Both the position numbers and the translations under genes were made by a program. Below are positions 40,909-49,837 of a stretch of 64,000 nt of DNA, one piece after another. Origin of the DNA: Longimicrobiales bacterium (GTDB taxonomy: Bacteria; Gemmatimonadota; Gemmatimonadetes; Longimicrobiales; Gaopeijiaceae); NCBI GenBank assembly GCA_965248195.1, contig CBDFIQ010000002.1, positions 1,056,001 through 1,120,000 of the forward strand, read 5' to 3'. Below the pieces are notes generated by a model, which saw only the letters and a program-made list of their open reading frames with translations, made no database searches and was not told the origin of the DNA. The stretch's first letter is position 1. Every line of letters begins with the position of its first letter.

Positions 40909-43900
40909 TTGATGCCATATCCGGAAATCCCCGACAAACTGATCACACTCGAGGAAGAGACGCTGGCCCGCTGGCGGGACGAAGACCTCTTTCGCCAGAC
41001 ACTGGAGGCCACGGAAGCCGGCGAGCCGTTCGTCTTTTTCGAGGGTCCCCCTACTGCCAACGGCCGCCCGGGACTTCACCATATCATCAGCCGGACGATC
41101 AAGGATCTGGTTTGCCGGCTCCGGACGATGGAGGGGCGGAGCGTTACGCGCATCGCCGGGTGGGACACCCATGGGTTGCCCGTCGAGATCGAGGCCGAGA
41201 AGAGACTGGGCATTTCCGGCAAGCCCGAAATCGAGGCGCTCGGCATCGCGGAGTTCAATGCGGCCTGCCGCGACTCGGTTTTCACGTACAAGCAAGAGTG
41301 GGAAGCTCTTTCCGAACGTATCGGCTATTGGCTGGACTACACGCGACCGTATGCCACCCTCGACCTCGACTACATAGAAAGCGTATGGTGGATTCTCAAG
41401 CAACTCGCGGATCGGAGTCTGTTGTACCGAGGGTACAAGAGCGTCCCGTACTGTCCACGGTGCGGGACCGGGCTCAGCTCCCACGAGGTCGCGCTCGGGT
41501 ACCGCGACATCGAGGACTCATCTCTGCACTTCTTGTGCCCCTGGCTGACGACCGAAGGCGGCCCGGACGCCGAAGGGCGAGCGTTCTTGGTCTGGACGAC
41601 GACGCCGTGGACGGTCCCCTCCAACACGGCCCTGGCCGTAAACCCGGAACTCACGTACGTGGACGTCCAGCACGAAGGACGGCGTCTGGTATTGGCCGAG
41701 GAGCGCCTCGAAGCCGTCCTGGCTGAGGGAGTCGAGGTCCTTCAACGGTTCAAAGGGATGGAGCTAGTGGGAACCCGTTATGCCCGGCCGCTCGAGGTCG
41801 TCCCCACGCCAGATGATCACGGCAACGGCTGGACCGTGATCGCAGAAGACTTCGTCAGCTCCGAAGACGGTACCGGCATCGTTCACATCGCACCCGCCTT
41901 CGGCTCGGACGACTACGCTGCCGGACAGCGGCACGATTTGCCCGTGCTCCGGCCGGTCGACGATGCAGGATTGTTCGTCGAGGGGACGGAGTTGGTGGCT
42001 GGCGTGTTCGTGAAGGACGCCGATCCGGTGTTGGTGGAGGAGCTCGAATCGCGGGGGAATCTCTTCCGGTTTGGCACCGCCGTGCACTCCTATCCGCACT
42101 GCTGGCGCTGTGAGTCGCCGCTCATCTACATCGCAAGGGATTCGTGGTTCGCCGCCACCTCGACGGTGAAGGAGCAAATGTTGGCCCACAATCGGGCTGC
42201 AAATTGGTTTCCGCCGGACATCGGAGAAGGCCGAATGGGCGAGTGGCTCAAGGGAAACGTGGATTGGGCGCTTTCTCGAGACCGGTATTGGGGTACGCCG
42301 CTCCCGGTGTGGGTGTGCGATCAAGAGTCGGACCACCTGGAGTGGATCGGGAGTTACGAGGAGCTAGCAGCACGTGCCGGCCCTCTGGGGAACGACTTCG
42401 ACCCTCACCGCCCCTACATCGATGAGCACACGTGGAACTGTGGAGAGTGTGGCGGAACTATGGCGCGAACGCCCGAGGTCCTCGACGCCTGGTTCGACTC
42501 GGGTGCGATGCCGTACGCACAGTGGCACTACCCCTTCGAGGGTCGGGACGAATTCGAGCGGCACTTCCCGGCCGACTTCATCTGTGAAGGCCTCGATCAG
42601 ACGCGGGGATGGTTTTACTCTCTCCTGGCCATCTCCACGATGCTGGAAAAGGGCCCACCGTTCCGAAACGTGGTGGTGAACAATCTGATCCTCGATGCCG
42701 AGGGCCAGAAGATGTCGAAATCGAGTGGGAATACTGTGGATCCGTGGGATGCGATCGCTGACCATGGAACCGACGCTATCCGCTGGTATCTGATCACGTC
42801 GAGCAACCCGTGGGTCGCAAAACGGTATGATCCCGCATCCGTCCAGGAAGCATCACGGAAATTCCTGGATACGCTCTTCAACACCTACCGCTTCTTCACG
42901 CTCTACGCCAACACCGAGGACTGGGCGCCCTCCGACAAGGATCCGGCGCCCCAGGACCGAAACCTGCTCGACCGCTGGCTGATTTCCAGGCTGAGTGCAG
43001 TGGTGACGGAGGTGCGCTCGGAGCTGAACGCCTATCAGCTAACGCGAGCCTACCGAACTCTGGGCGATTTCCTCAGTGAGGAGCTGTCCAATTGGTATGT
43101 GCGGCGGTCCAGGCCCAGGTTCTGGGGGAACACGGACGGAGGTGACGCTCGTGCGGCGTTTCGGACACTCTGGGAGGCGCTGCGCACCGTTTGTCTGCTC
43201 TCGGCTCCGGTGACGCCCTTCGTTTCCGACTGGATCCACCGCGGACTCACCGGGAAGAGCGTGCATCTCGAAGCCTTTCCGGGCGACGGCTCCGCGCAGG
43301 AGCTGGGGACTCGTGATGAACCACTCGAAGGGGAAATGGAAGCAGTGAGGACACTGGTAACCCTTGGCCGAGCGGCCCGAGAGGCGGTCAAGATTCGGGT
43401 CCGTCAGCCGCTCAAAAGCCTGTTCGCCATCGTTCCCGAGGGATTGCAGATTCGGAGTGAGATCCTTGATCTCCTCCAGGACGAACTCAACGTCAAGTCT
43501 GTGGAGTTCTTGGCTTCGGCAGAGGGCCTGATTACGCTAGTCGCGAAGCCGAATTACAAGGCTCTGGGCCCGAGATTCGGGAAAGAAACAGAACTTGCCG
43601 CCACAGCGATTCGGGAACTTTCCGAAGCGCAGCTACAGGCCCATAACGCGGGTGATCCGGTGTCGATCGAGGTCGCGGGCCGCACCGCCGTGGTCGATCC
43701 CGAAGATCTGACGGTCGAAGAGGAGTCCACGGAGGGGTTGGTGGTGCGATCCGAGAGCGGGTACAGCGCTGCTCTCGACCCGACCCTGGATGAGGCATTG
43801 AAGGCCGAGGGGAGTGCGCGAGAGTTGGTCAACCGCATTCAACGGCTGCGCAAGGAGTCCGGCTTTGCCATTACGGACCGGATTCGGCTGGGAGTGTACG

Positions 43901-44121
43901 GTCCGGCCCATATCAGGGCGGCGGCGGGTGACCATCATGATTTCATTTGTGGTGAAACTCTGGCGGTGCAACTCGAGATCGATGCCAGTCAGGACACCGT
44001 CGCTGGCTACGAAGCCGTCCAGAGCGTCAAGATCGATGACATGGACGTCGTGATCGCGCTCAACCGGGGAGTAGAAAGCCATCCGTCGGGGGGTCGGGCA
44101 GGTGCGGGAGCTCAGGATTGA
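40909..44121 (+). CDS. ileS: Isoleucyl-tRNA synthetase (type 2-like)
   Basis: EGPPTANG, GWDTHGLP, WTTTPWT, EGLDQTRGWF, KMSKS. Confidence 0.96.
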   Translation: MMPYPEIPDKLITLEEETLARWRDEDLFRQTLEATEAGEPFVFFEGPPTANGRPGLHHIISRTIKDLVCRLRTMEGRSVTRIAGWDTHGLPVEIEAEKRLGISGKPEIEALGIAEFNAACRDSVFTYKQEWEALSERIGYWLDYTRPYATLDLDYIESVWWILKQLADRSLLYRGYKSVPYCPRCGTGLSSHEVALGYRDIEDSSLHFLCPWLTTEGGPDAEGRAFLVWTTTPWTVPSNTALAVNPELTYVDVQHEGRRLVLAEERLEAVLAEGVEVLQRFKGMELVGTRYARPLEVVPTPDDHGNGWTVIAEDFVSSEDGTGIVHIAPAFGSDDYAAGQRHDLPVLRPVDDAGLFVEGTELVAGVFVKDADPVLVEELESRGNLFRFGTAVHSYPHCWRCESPLIYIARDSWFAATSTVKEQMLAHNRAANWFPPDIGEGRMGEWLKGNVDWALSRDRYWGTPLPVWVCDQESDHLEWIGSYEELAARAGPLGNDFDPHRPYIDEHTWNCGECGGTMARTPEVLDAWFDSGAMPYAQWHYPFEGRDEFERHFPADFICEGLDQTRGWFYSLLAISTMLEKGPPFRNVVVNNLILDAEGQKMSKSSGNTVDPWDAIADHGTDAIRWYLITSSNPWVAKRYDPASVQEASRKFLDTLFNTYRFFTLYANTEDWAPSDKDPAPQDRNLLDRWLISRLSAVVTEVRSELNAYQLTRAYRTLGDFLSEELSNWYVRRSRPRFWGNTDGGDARAAFRTLWEALRTVCLLSAPVTPFVSDWIHRGLTGKSVHLEAFPGDGSAQELGTRDEPLEGEMEAVRTLVTLGRAAREAVKIRVRQPLKSLFAIVPEGLQIRSEILDLLQDELNVKSVEFLASAEGLITLVAKPNYKALGPRFGKETELAATAIRELSEAQLQAHNAGDPVSIEVAGRTAVVDPEDLTVEEESTEGLVVRSESGYSAALDPTLDEALKAEGSARELVNRIQRLRKESGFAITDRIRLGVYGPAHIRAAAGDHHDFICGETLAVQLEIDASQDTVAGYEAVQSVKIDDMDVVIALNRGVESHPSGGRAGAGAQD

Positions 44122-45086
44122 AGGTGACCGAGGATAGGGTGGAGATCTTCACGGTCGGTGGAGGCGGGGATCGGCTCGACAGATACGTGGCGGGCCATTC
44201 GGACCTTTCCCGGGCTCGGGTGCAGGCACTGGTCGCGGAGGGGAGGGTACGGGTCGATGGCCACGTTGCCCGAAAGGCCGAGCGGCTCGAGGCCGGGCAG
44301 GAGATCGAGGTGCGGATTCCTCCGCCGGAGGCGCTGGAGGCCCAGCCCGAGGATATCGCGTTGGACGTGCTGTTCGAGGATCCTTCGCTTCTCGTCTTGA
44401 ACAAACCCTCGGGCATGGTGACTCACCCGGCGCCCGGGCATCCCACGGGAACCTTGGTTAATGCCCTGCTTGCCCATACCGGCGACCTGTCGGGTATTGG
44501 AGGCAAGCTGCGCCCCGGAATCGTGCAGCGTTTGGACCGCTATACGTCGGGGCTCATGGTGGTGGCCAAGAGCGATAAGGCACACCACGCCCTTTCCGAA
44601 GCGCTTCAACGGCGTGAAATTAAGCGTCTGTATATTGCCGCATCGTGGGGTCACCTTTCCGAATCACCTCTTGAGGTTACTGCTCCCATCGGGCGGGATC
44701 CGGTGGAGCGAAAGCGTATGGCGGTAGTAGAGAAGGGGCGTTACGCCGTGACGCGCTTTCACGTCGTGGAACGTTGGCTCGGCGCTGAGTTGTTGCGGGT
44801 AGCGCTGGGCACGGGGCGGACTCATCAGATTCGGGTTCATCTGGCGCATATTGGACACCCCGTGGTTGGGGATACCTTGTATGGTGTGGGATGGGAGCGC
44901 GGGATGGGTGGCAAAGCTCGGCAATGGGCGAAAACGCTGAGCCAAAGGGTGGAGCGGCAGTTCCTCCACTCTTGGCGGCTTTCCTTCGAGCATCCGATGA
45001 GTGGAGAGGCGATGCGATTCGAGCTACCTCTCCCAGCGGATTTACAAACGTGTGCCGACTGGGCACGAAACGACGGCGCGACGTGA
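44118..45086 (+). CDS. rluD: RluA/RluD-family pseudouridine synthase with S4 domain
   Basis: NKPSGM, RPGIVQRLDRYTSG, TGRTHQIRVH, GDTLYG. Confidence 0.88.
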   Translation: MKVTEDRVEIFTVGGGGDRLDRYVAGHSDLSRARVQALVAEGRVRVDGHVARKAERLEAGQEIEVRIPPPEALEAQPEDIALDVLFEDPSLLVLNKPSGMVTHPAPGHPTGTLVNALLAHTGDLSGIGGKLRPGIVQRLDRYTSGLMVVAKSDKAHHALSEALQRREIKRLYIAASWGHLSESPLEVTAPIGRDPVERKRMAVVEKGRYAVTRFHVVERWLGAELLRVALGTGRTHQIRVHLAHIGHPVVGDTLYGVGWERGMGGKARQWAKTLSQRVERQFLHSWRLSFEHPMSGEAMRFELPLPADLQTCADWARNDGAT

Positions 45087-45111
45087 CGGAGATTGGTTTA
45101 GAACTGTGGTA

Positions 45112-47049
45112 GTGACGGATCTGGATCCGAGATTTACCTTCGATAGCTTTATCGTGGGACCGGCGAACCGTCTCGCGTCGGCGGCGGCGCGGCGTGTGGC
45201 CGATGCGCCCGGCACGTCCTATAACCCTCTTTTCATCTATTCCTCATCGGGTCTGGGGAAGTCTCACATCCTCAATGCTATAGCGCATTATGCCGCCCGA
45301 GTACATCCCGGTTTCGGGGTCGTGTACGTGACAGTCGAGAGCTTCCTCAACGAACTCACGAGTGCCATCCAGGCAGGGGCGGAGAAAGAACTTCGAGAAC
45401 GGTACGAGGAACTCCACATCCTTCTCCTCGACGACGTCCAGTTCTTTACCGGGCAAAATGAAGCTCAGGAGATCTTGCTCAGGCTTCTGGACGGAATGAA
45501 CAAATCCGGGGGTCAGGTCGTCCTTGCCAGTGATCGCCCGCCTGCCGAGATCAACGCGCTCGACGAGCGTCTGCTCACTCGGTTCTCGGGTGGGTTGATC
45601 GTCGACATCGCCGTGCCGGAGTACGAGACCAAGGTCGCCATCCTCCGTAAGAAGGCTGAGGAGCGGGACCAGACGTTCCAAACGGGCGTGGCCGAGGCGC
45701 TTGCGAAGTACGGCTTCAGCAGTGTCCGCGCACTAGGGGGGGCGCTGAACAAGATTCTCGCCATCCAGGAGCTGGAGGAGCGCCAGGTGGAAGCGAACGA
45801 GGTCGAGGCTGTGGCGGGGCTCCAGGAAGAGGCGCCGAGCGAAGCCGGCTCGTTCGTGCAGGAGGTTTCGGCGGCGGAGAGGGACGAGGAGCCATGGAAG
45901 AGGCTGCTCCGGGAAACGGTGGAGATCTTCGAGAAGGGCGGGTACTCAGGCACGCGCCTACGCCGACTACTCGAATCCCAGGAGCCTCCACCGGACCCCC
46001 AAGCGGTGGCCGACCAATTTCGCAGGGATATTGCCCAACTCCGTGAGGTTGAGAAATCCCTCGCCACCGCCGGCAATCCCTGGCCGGAGGCCGCCGTCGG
46101 TGTGTTCAAGGATCCCGAGCGTCTGGATGAGGCAAACTCACTGCTCGCCTCGGCCCTGGAGCGAGTCAGGCCCTTCCTTCGCGTGGGGGAAGGTCCGTCG
46201 TTGGCCGACCTCACGTTGAACTACGAACCGGTCGTGATCAAGGCGGCCGCACAGCTCGTCTCCGAGGAGCGTCCGGAGTACAACCCCCTCTACATATGGA
46301 GTGAGACCCGTGCCGGTCCATTGGCGTTGCTTGCGGCGACGGCACGAACGTTCCGCGAAAAGCATCAGCTTTCGAACATCGCCATCGTTTCCGCTGCAGA
46401 ATTCGCAGAGGACTACATTCGGGCCTTGTCGGAGGGTGTGGCCGGGGCATGGCGGGAACGCTGGTGGGATGTGGACCTCCTACTCCTTTACGACGCTGAG
46501 CTGATTTCGGGGACAGAGCGCGCCAAGGACGAGTTCTTCCATCTCTTCGAGGCCTCGAAGCGCACAGGCACCAAGATGATGATCGCGGCGGACCGGGCCC
46601 CCTCCGGAATCGACGACATAGACCAGAGGTTGCGGACTCGCTTCGAAATGGGCCTCGTGATGGAGACCCCGGGCAAGAGCCTACCGCAGGGTGCCGGAGA
46701 GCTGAGTCTGGAAGAGGCGCCACCCGAGTTCATGGAAGATGAGGACCTCTGGGGCGGATTCATGCGGCCCTCGGTGGCCGGCAATGTTCTCCCCGAGGTC
46801 GAGGATTTCGAGCTCCGCGAGTCCGCTGGCCTCACGCCCGCAGTGGACGCGGCCGAACCCCAGCCTGCCTCTGCTGTAGAGCCGGCCAGGAAAGCAGTGC
46901 CCGCAGTGGCAGCGGAAATGGCGGATGCAGCGGGAGCGGGGGGAGCGGCGGAACCGGCTGGGCCGGGCTCGGTTTGGAAGCCGTCCAGGGAAAACGTGGT
47001 GTGGGACTGGCAGGCAGTCGAAGAACGCATTGTCGAATTGACGGAGTAG
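45112..47049 (+). CDS. DnaA/Hda-like protein with two tandem AAA+ modules and no DNA-binding domain IV
   Basis: FTFDSFIVGPANRLA, YNPLFIY..GLGKSH, LLLDDVQF, SDRPP; second YNPLYIW..DLLLLYD..EFFHLF..ADRAP..RLRTRF; start 45106 or 45112. Confidence 0.85.
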   Translation: MTDLDPRFTFDSFIVGPANRLASAAARRVADAPGTSYNPLFIYSSSGLGKSHILNAIAHYAARVHPGFGVVYVTVESFLNELTSAIQAGAEKELRERYEELHILLLDDVQFFTGQNEAQEILLRLLDGMNKSGGQVVLASDRPPAEINALDERLLTRFSGGLIVDIAVPEYETKVAILRKKAEERDQTFQTGVAEALAKYGFSSVRALGGALNKILAIQELEERQVEANEVEAVAGLQEEAPSEAGSFVQEVSAAERDEEPWKRLLRETVEIFEKGGYSGTRLRRLLESQEPPPDPQAVADQFRRDIAQLREVEKSLATAGNPWPEAAVGVFKDPERLDEANSLLASALERVRPFLRVGEGPSLADLTLNYEPVVIKAAAQLVSEERPEYNPLYIWSETRAGPLALLAATARTFREKHQLSNIAIVSAAEFAEDYIRALSEGVAGAWRERWWDVDLLLLYDAELISGTERAKDEFFHLFEASKRTGTKMMIAADRAPSGIDDIDQRLRTRFEMGLVMETPGKSLPQGAGELSLEEAPPEFMEDEDLWGGFMRPSVAGNVLPEVEDFELRESAGLTPAVDAAEPQPASAVEPARKAVPAVAAEMADAAGAGGAAEPAGPGSVWKPSRENVVWDWQAVEERIVELTE

Positions 47050-47061
47050 AAATAGCACTGT

Positions 47062-48681
47062 ATGGGAATCAAAGGAGCACTCACCGACGTCAGTCTGGCC
47101 GATATCTCCCAGCTGCTCGGCATGGGCGGAAAGACCGGGTGCCTTACCCTCACGCACAAAGAGAACCACGGGTACGTCTACTTCGAGGGAGGGCGCGTGA
47201 TCGGCGCCTCCGTCCGGGACCGGCCGGACCGAATCGGAGAACTTCTCGTCGCCCGCGAAGTTATCAGCCGGGATCAACTCTCGGCGGCGATGGCGCATCA
47301 GGTGGGGGGCACCGGACGGAGATTATTGGGGGCGGTGCTCGTTGAACTAGGCAGCCTGACCCAGGAGAAGCTGGAGGAATACCTCTCCGTGCAGATGGAG
47401 GAGGCGGTCTACCTGATTTTTCAGTGGAGTGAAGGGACCTTCGAGTTCGAGCCGGACGTCATGCCGGACGAAGGCCTATTTCGCATTTCGATCAGCATCG
47501 ATGCCCTCCTCATGGAAGGGGCGCGCCGAGTGGACGAGTGGAGCGTGGTCGAGAAGAAGATCACGTCCATGGATCTCATCTTCTCATTGGAACGTAACCC
47601 CCTGGAGGATGAGGGCCTCGACCTCACGGACGACCAGAAGAGCATCATCCCACTGACAGACGGCCAGCGCACGGTCACGGATCTGGTTGAGGATTCCGGA
47701 CTCACCGAGTTCGACACTGGAAAGGCGCTGTACGGCTTGATCCAAGCCGGGTTTGCCGTCCAGGTCGGAAGGCGCGTGGCAGAGGACAAGGCTGAGGGAT
47801 CGCTGGAGGAGCACTTGGGGGCCGGGCTGGCCGCGTATAAGTCGGGGTCGATGGACGACGCGACCCGTGAGCTCCGAAAGGCCCTCGAGGTTGATCCGAC
47901 GCACCCTCAGGCCCGGGCTCACCTGGCGCTGATCAGCCTGAGACAGGGCAAGGCACAGGAGGCCATCGTTCACTTCGACGGGATGGGCGAGGACACGAAG
48001 CCCAGCTACGCCCTACTCCGGAATCGTTCTTTGGCGTACGAGCGGCTGGGCAGGTACGACGAGGCGCTCTCGACCCTAGATGCGGCCGAGAGGCTCGACG
48101 CGGACGATGCGGGTCTCGCCCTTGCCCGAGGCATCGTCCAGATGAAATCGGGGGACGGCGCCGCCGCGATGGGCTCACTAAAGGTCTACCAGGGCAAGCT
48201 CGGTTCGGAGACGCCGCCGCCCATGTTCTACGCGTTTTCCATTTTGGCTGCGGGACTCACGGGGGACATGGTCGGCGCTTTGGAGATCGGCGAAGAAGGC
48301 CTCAAGCGATATCCGGAAGAGGGGGCGATTCTCGTAAATGCCGGTGCCGTCCTGGAGCATCGGGGGGACGGCGAGGCTGCGACCGCCTATTACGAGAGAG
48401 CCATCAAGGGTGACTCTCCTCCGCCGCAGGCCTTCAAGGCCCTCGGGGATCAAGCCCTCGGCCAGGGAGCCAAGGCTCAGGCCAAACAACACTTCGAGTC
48501 GGCCCTTAAGGAGGCTCCCAGCCTCGGGGAGGATGTCTTGATCAAGCTCGGCGCCATCGAAGTCGAGAACTCCAACACCGAGGAGGCCGCCGCGCTGTGG
48601 CGTCGAGCCTTGGCGTTGAACCCTGACAATTCGTCTCTCCGGACTAAGATCGACCAGCTCAGAGCCACGGCGGCGACGTGA
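47062..48681 (+). CDS. DUF4388 + GSPII-N-like + TPR repeat protein
   Basis: IKGALTDVSLADISQLL..KTGCL, RIGELLV, WSEGTFEF, LLMEGARRVDEW; multiple TPR-like repeats. Confidence 0.85.
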   Translation: MGIKGALTDVSLADISQLLGMGGKTGCLTLTHKENHGYVYFEGGRVIGASVRDRPDRIGELLVAREVISRDQLSAAMAHQVGGTGRRLLGAVLVELGSLTQEKLEEYLSVQMEEAVYLIFQWSEGTFEFEPDVMPDEGLFRISISIDALLMEGARRVDEWSVVEKKITSMDLIFSLERNPLEDEGLDLTDDQKSIIPLTDGQRTVTDLVEDSGLTEFDTGKALYGLIQAGFAVQVGRRVAEDKAEGSLEEHLGAGLAAYKSGSMDDATRELRKALEVDPTHPQARAHLALISLRQGKAQEAIVHFDGMGEDTKPSYALLRNRSLAYERLGRYDEALSTLDAAERLDADDAGLALARGIVQMKSGDGAAAMGSLKVYQGKLGSETPPPMFYAFSILAAGLTGDMVGALEIGEEGLKRYPEEGAILVNAGAVLEHRGDGEAATAYYERAIKGDSPPPQAFKALGDQALGQGAKAQAKQHFESALKEAPSLGEDVLIKLGAIEVENSNTEEAAALWRRALALNPDNSSLRTKIDQLRATAAT

Positions 48682-49790
48682 TTCCAGCCGTCCTGGCCCT
48701 GATTCTCACGATCGGGCAGGACACGGTCGGACAGGACGCGCGTGGGCAGAACCCGGCCGGGCAGGACGCGATCGGGCGGGTAGCGGCCGGGCAGGTAGCG
48801 GCCGGGCAGGTAGCGGCCGAGCAGGTAGCGGCCGAGCAGGTAGAGGGTGCTCCGGGTGCGCCCTGGCAAGATGCCGTCGGGCTGAAGCTCACGGACGGAC
48901 GGTATCTCGTCGGCGTGCGAGCCACCGTTTCCTTCGTTTCCGCTGATTCGATCAAGGCCGCGCGAGTGCTGAGCGATCTGGAGGGTGCAATCCCACTACC
49001 GGGCCTGCCCCCGGGGGTACCGAGCGGCGTGCTCCTGGTCCTGGCGCCGGACGAAGCCCAGTTCGTGCGCCTTACCGGGGGAGCCGCTCCGGACTGGGGT
49101 GCCGGCGTGGCGTTTCCGGCGCAGTCGGCGATTGTCGTTCCGGCGTTTACGTCGGAGCGGGGCACCGGCTGGAATGATGCACGTGTCCTGCGCCATGAGT
49201 GGGCGCACGTCGGCCTTCATCAGCATCTCGAGGGACTTCGAGTGCCCCGTTGGTTCTCCGAGGGATACGCGCAGTGGGCGAGCGGGGGTTGGGATTGGAG
49301 CGAGGGTTGGAAGCTTCGGATCGCGTTGGCTCGGGGGGGGAGCCCGCTCGACTCTCTTGCCCTTGCGTGGCCGCGGAATGAGGCTAGGGCTCGCACCGCG
49401 TATCTTCTCTCGGCGACCACCGTGGAATATCTGGTCGTGGAGGGTGGCCCGAGGGCACTCGAGGTGCTGCTCCGCCGTTGGAAGGAGCTGGGGAACTTCG
49501 AGCGGGCGTTTCGGGCGACGTTTGGGGCCACGACCGCCCAGTTCGAGGAGGAGTGGCGGCGCTACGTCGAAGAACGCTACGGTTGGCTATTCGTGCTCTC
49601 ACATTCGGCGGTTTTTTGGATGTTGATGAGCCTGGTGCTCGTCGCCATGGCCGGGGTCCGGAGGGGGGCACGGCGGGAGCGGATGGCTCGCCTCAGAGCG
49701 GAGGACATCCCGGATCGGCCCAGCTTCTGGCTGACCCCCGATCGTTTACAAGAAGGTGATTCTGGACCCGACCCGGACGGATCGGAGTAA
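48678..49790 (+). CDS. Peptidase MA-like (gluzincin) metallopeptidase with signal-like N-terminus and C-terminal TM
   Basis: RHEWAH (HExxH), PRWFSEGYA; hydrophobic segments at both ends. Confidence 0.78.
   Translation: MIPAVLALILTIGQDTVGQDARGQNPAGQDAIGRVAAGQVAAGQVAAEQVAAEQVEGAPGAPWQDAVGLKLTDGRYLVGVRATVSFVSADSIKAARVLSDLEGAIPLPGLPPGVPSGVLLVLAPDEAQFVRLTGGAAPDWGAGVAFPAQSAIVVPAFTSERGTGWNDARVLRHEWAHVGLHQHLEGLRVPRWFSEGYAQWASGGWDWSEGWKLRIALARGGSPLDSLALAWPRNEARARTAYLLSATTVEYLVVEGGPRALEVLLRRWKELGNFERAFRATFGATTAQFEEEWRRYVEERYGWLFVLSHSAVFWMLMSLVLVAMAGVRRGARRERMARLRAEDIPDRPSFWLTPDRLQEGDSGPDPDGSE
48713..48843 (+). repeat. 15-bp coding tandem repeat (GQxxx / G(E)QVAA units)
   Basis: CAGGTAGCGGCCG(G/A)G units repeated, preceded by degenerate GGGCAGGAC units. 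Confidence 0.8.
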
Positions 49791-49837
49791 GAGTTGACAG
49801 GGCGCTTCTAAAATCGCGCGTCTAAAAAGGACCCAAC

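Noticed and set aside
45112..47049. Canonical dnaA and oriC
   Set aside because: No domain I or IV, no adjacent dnaN, and no DnaA-box cluster or AT-rich intergenic region.
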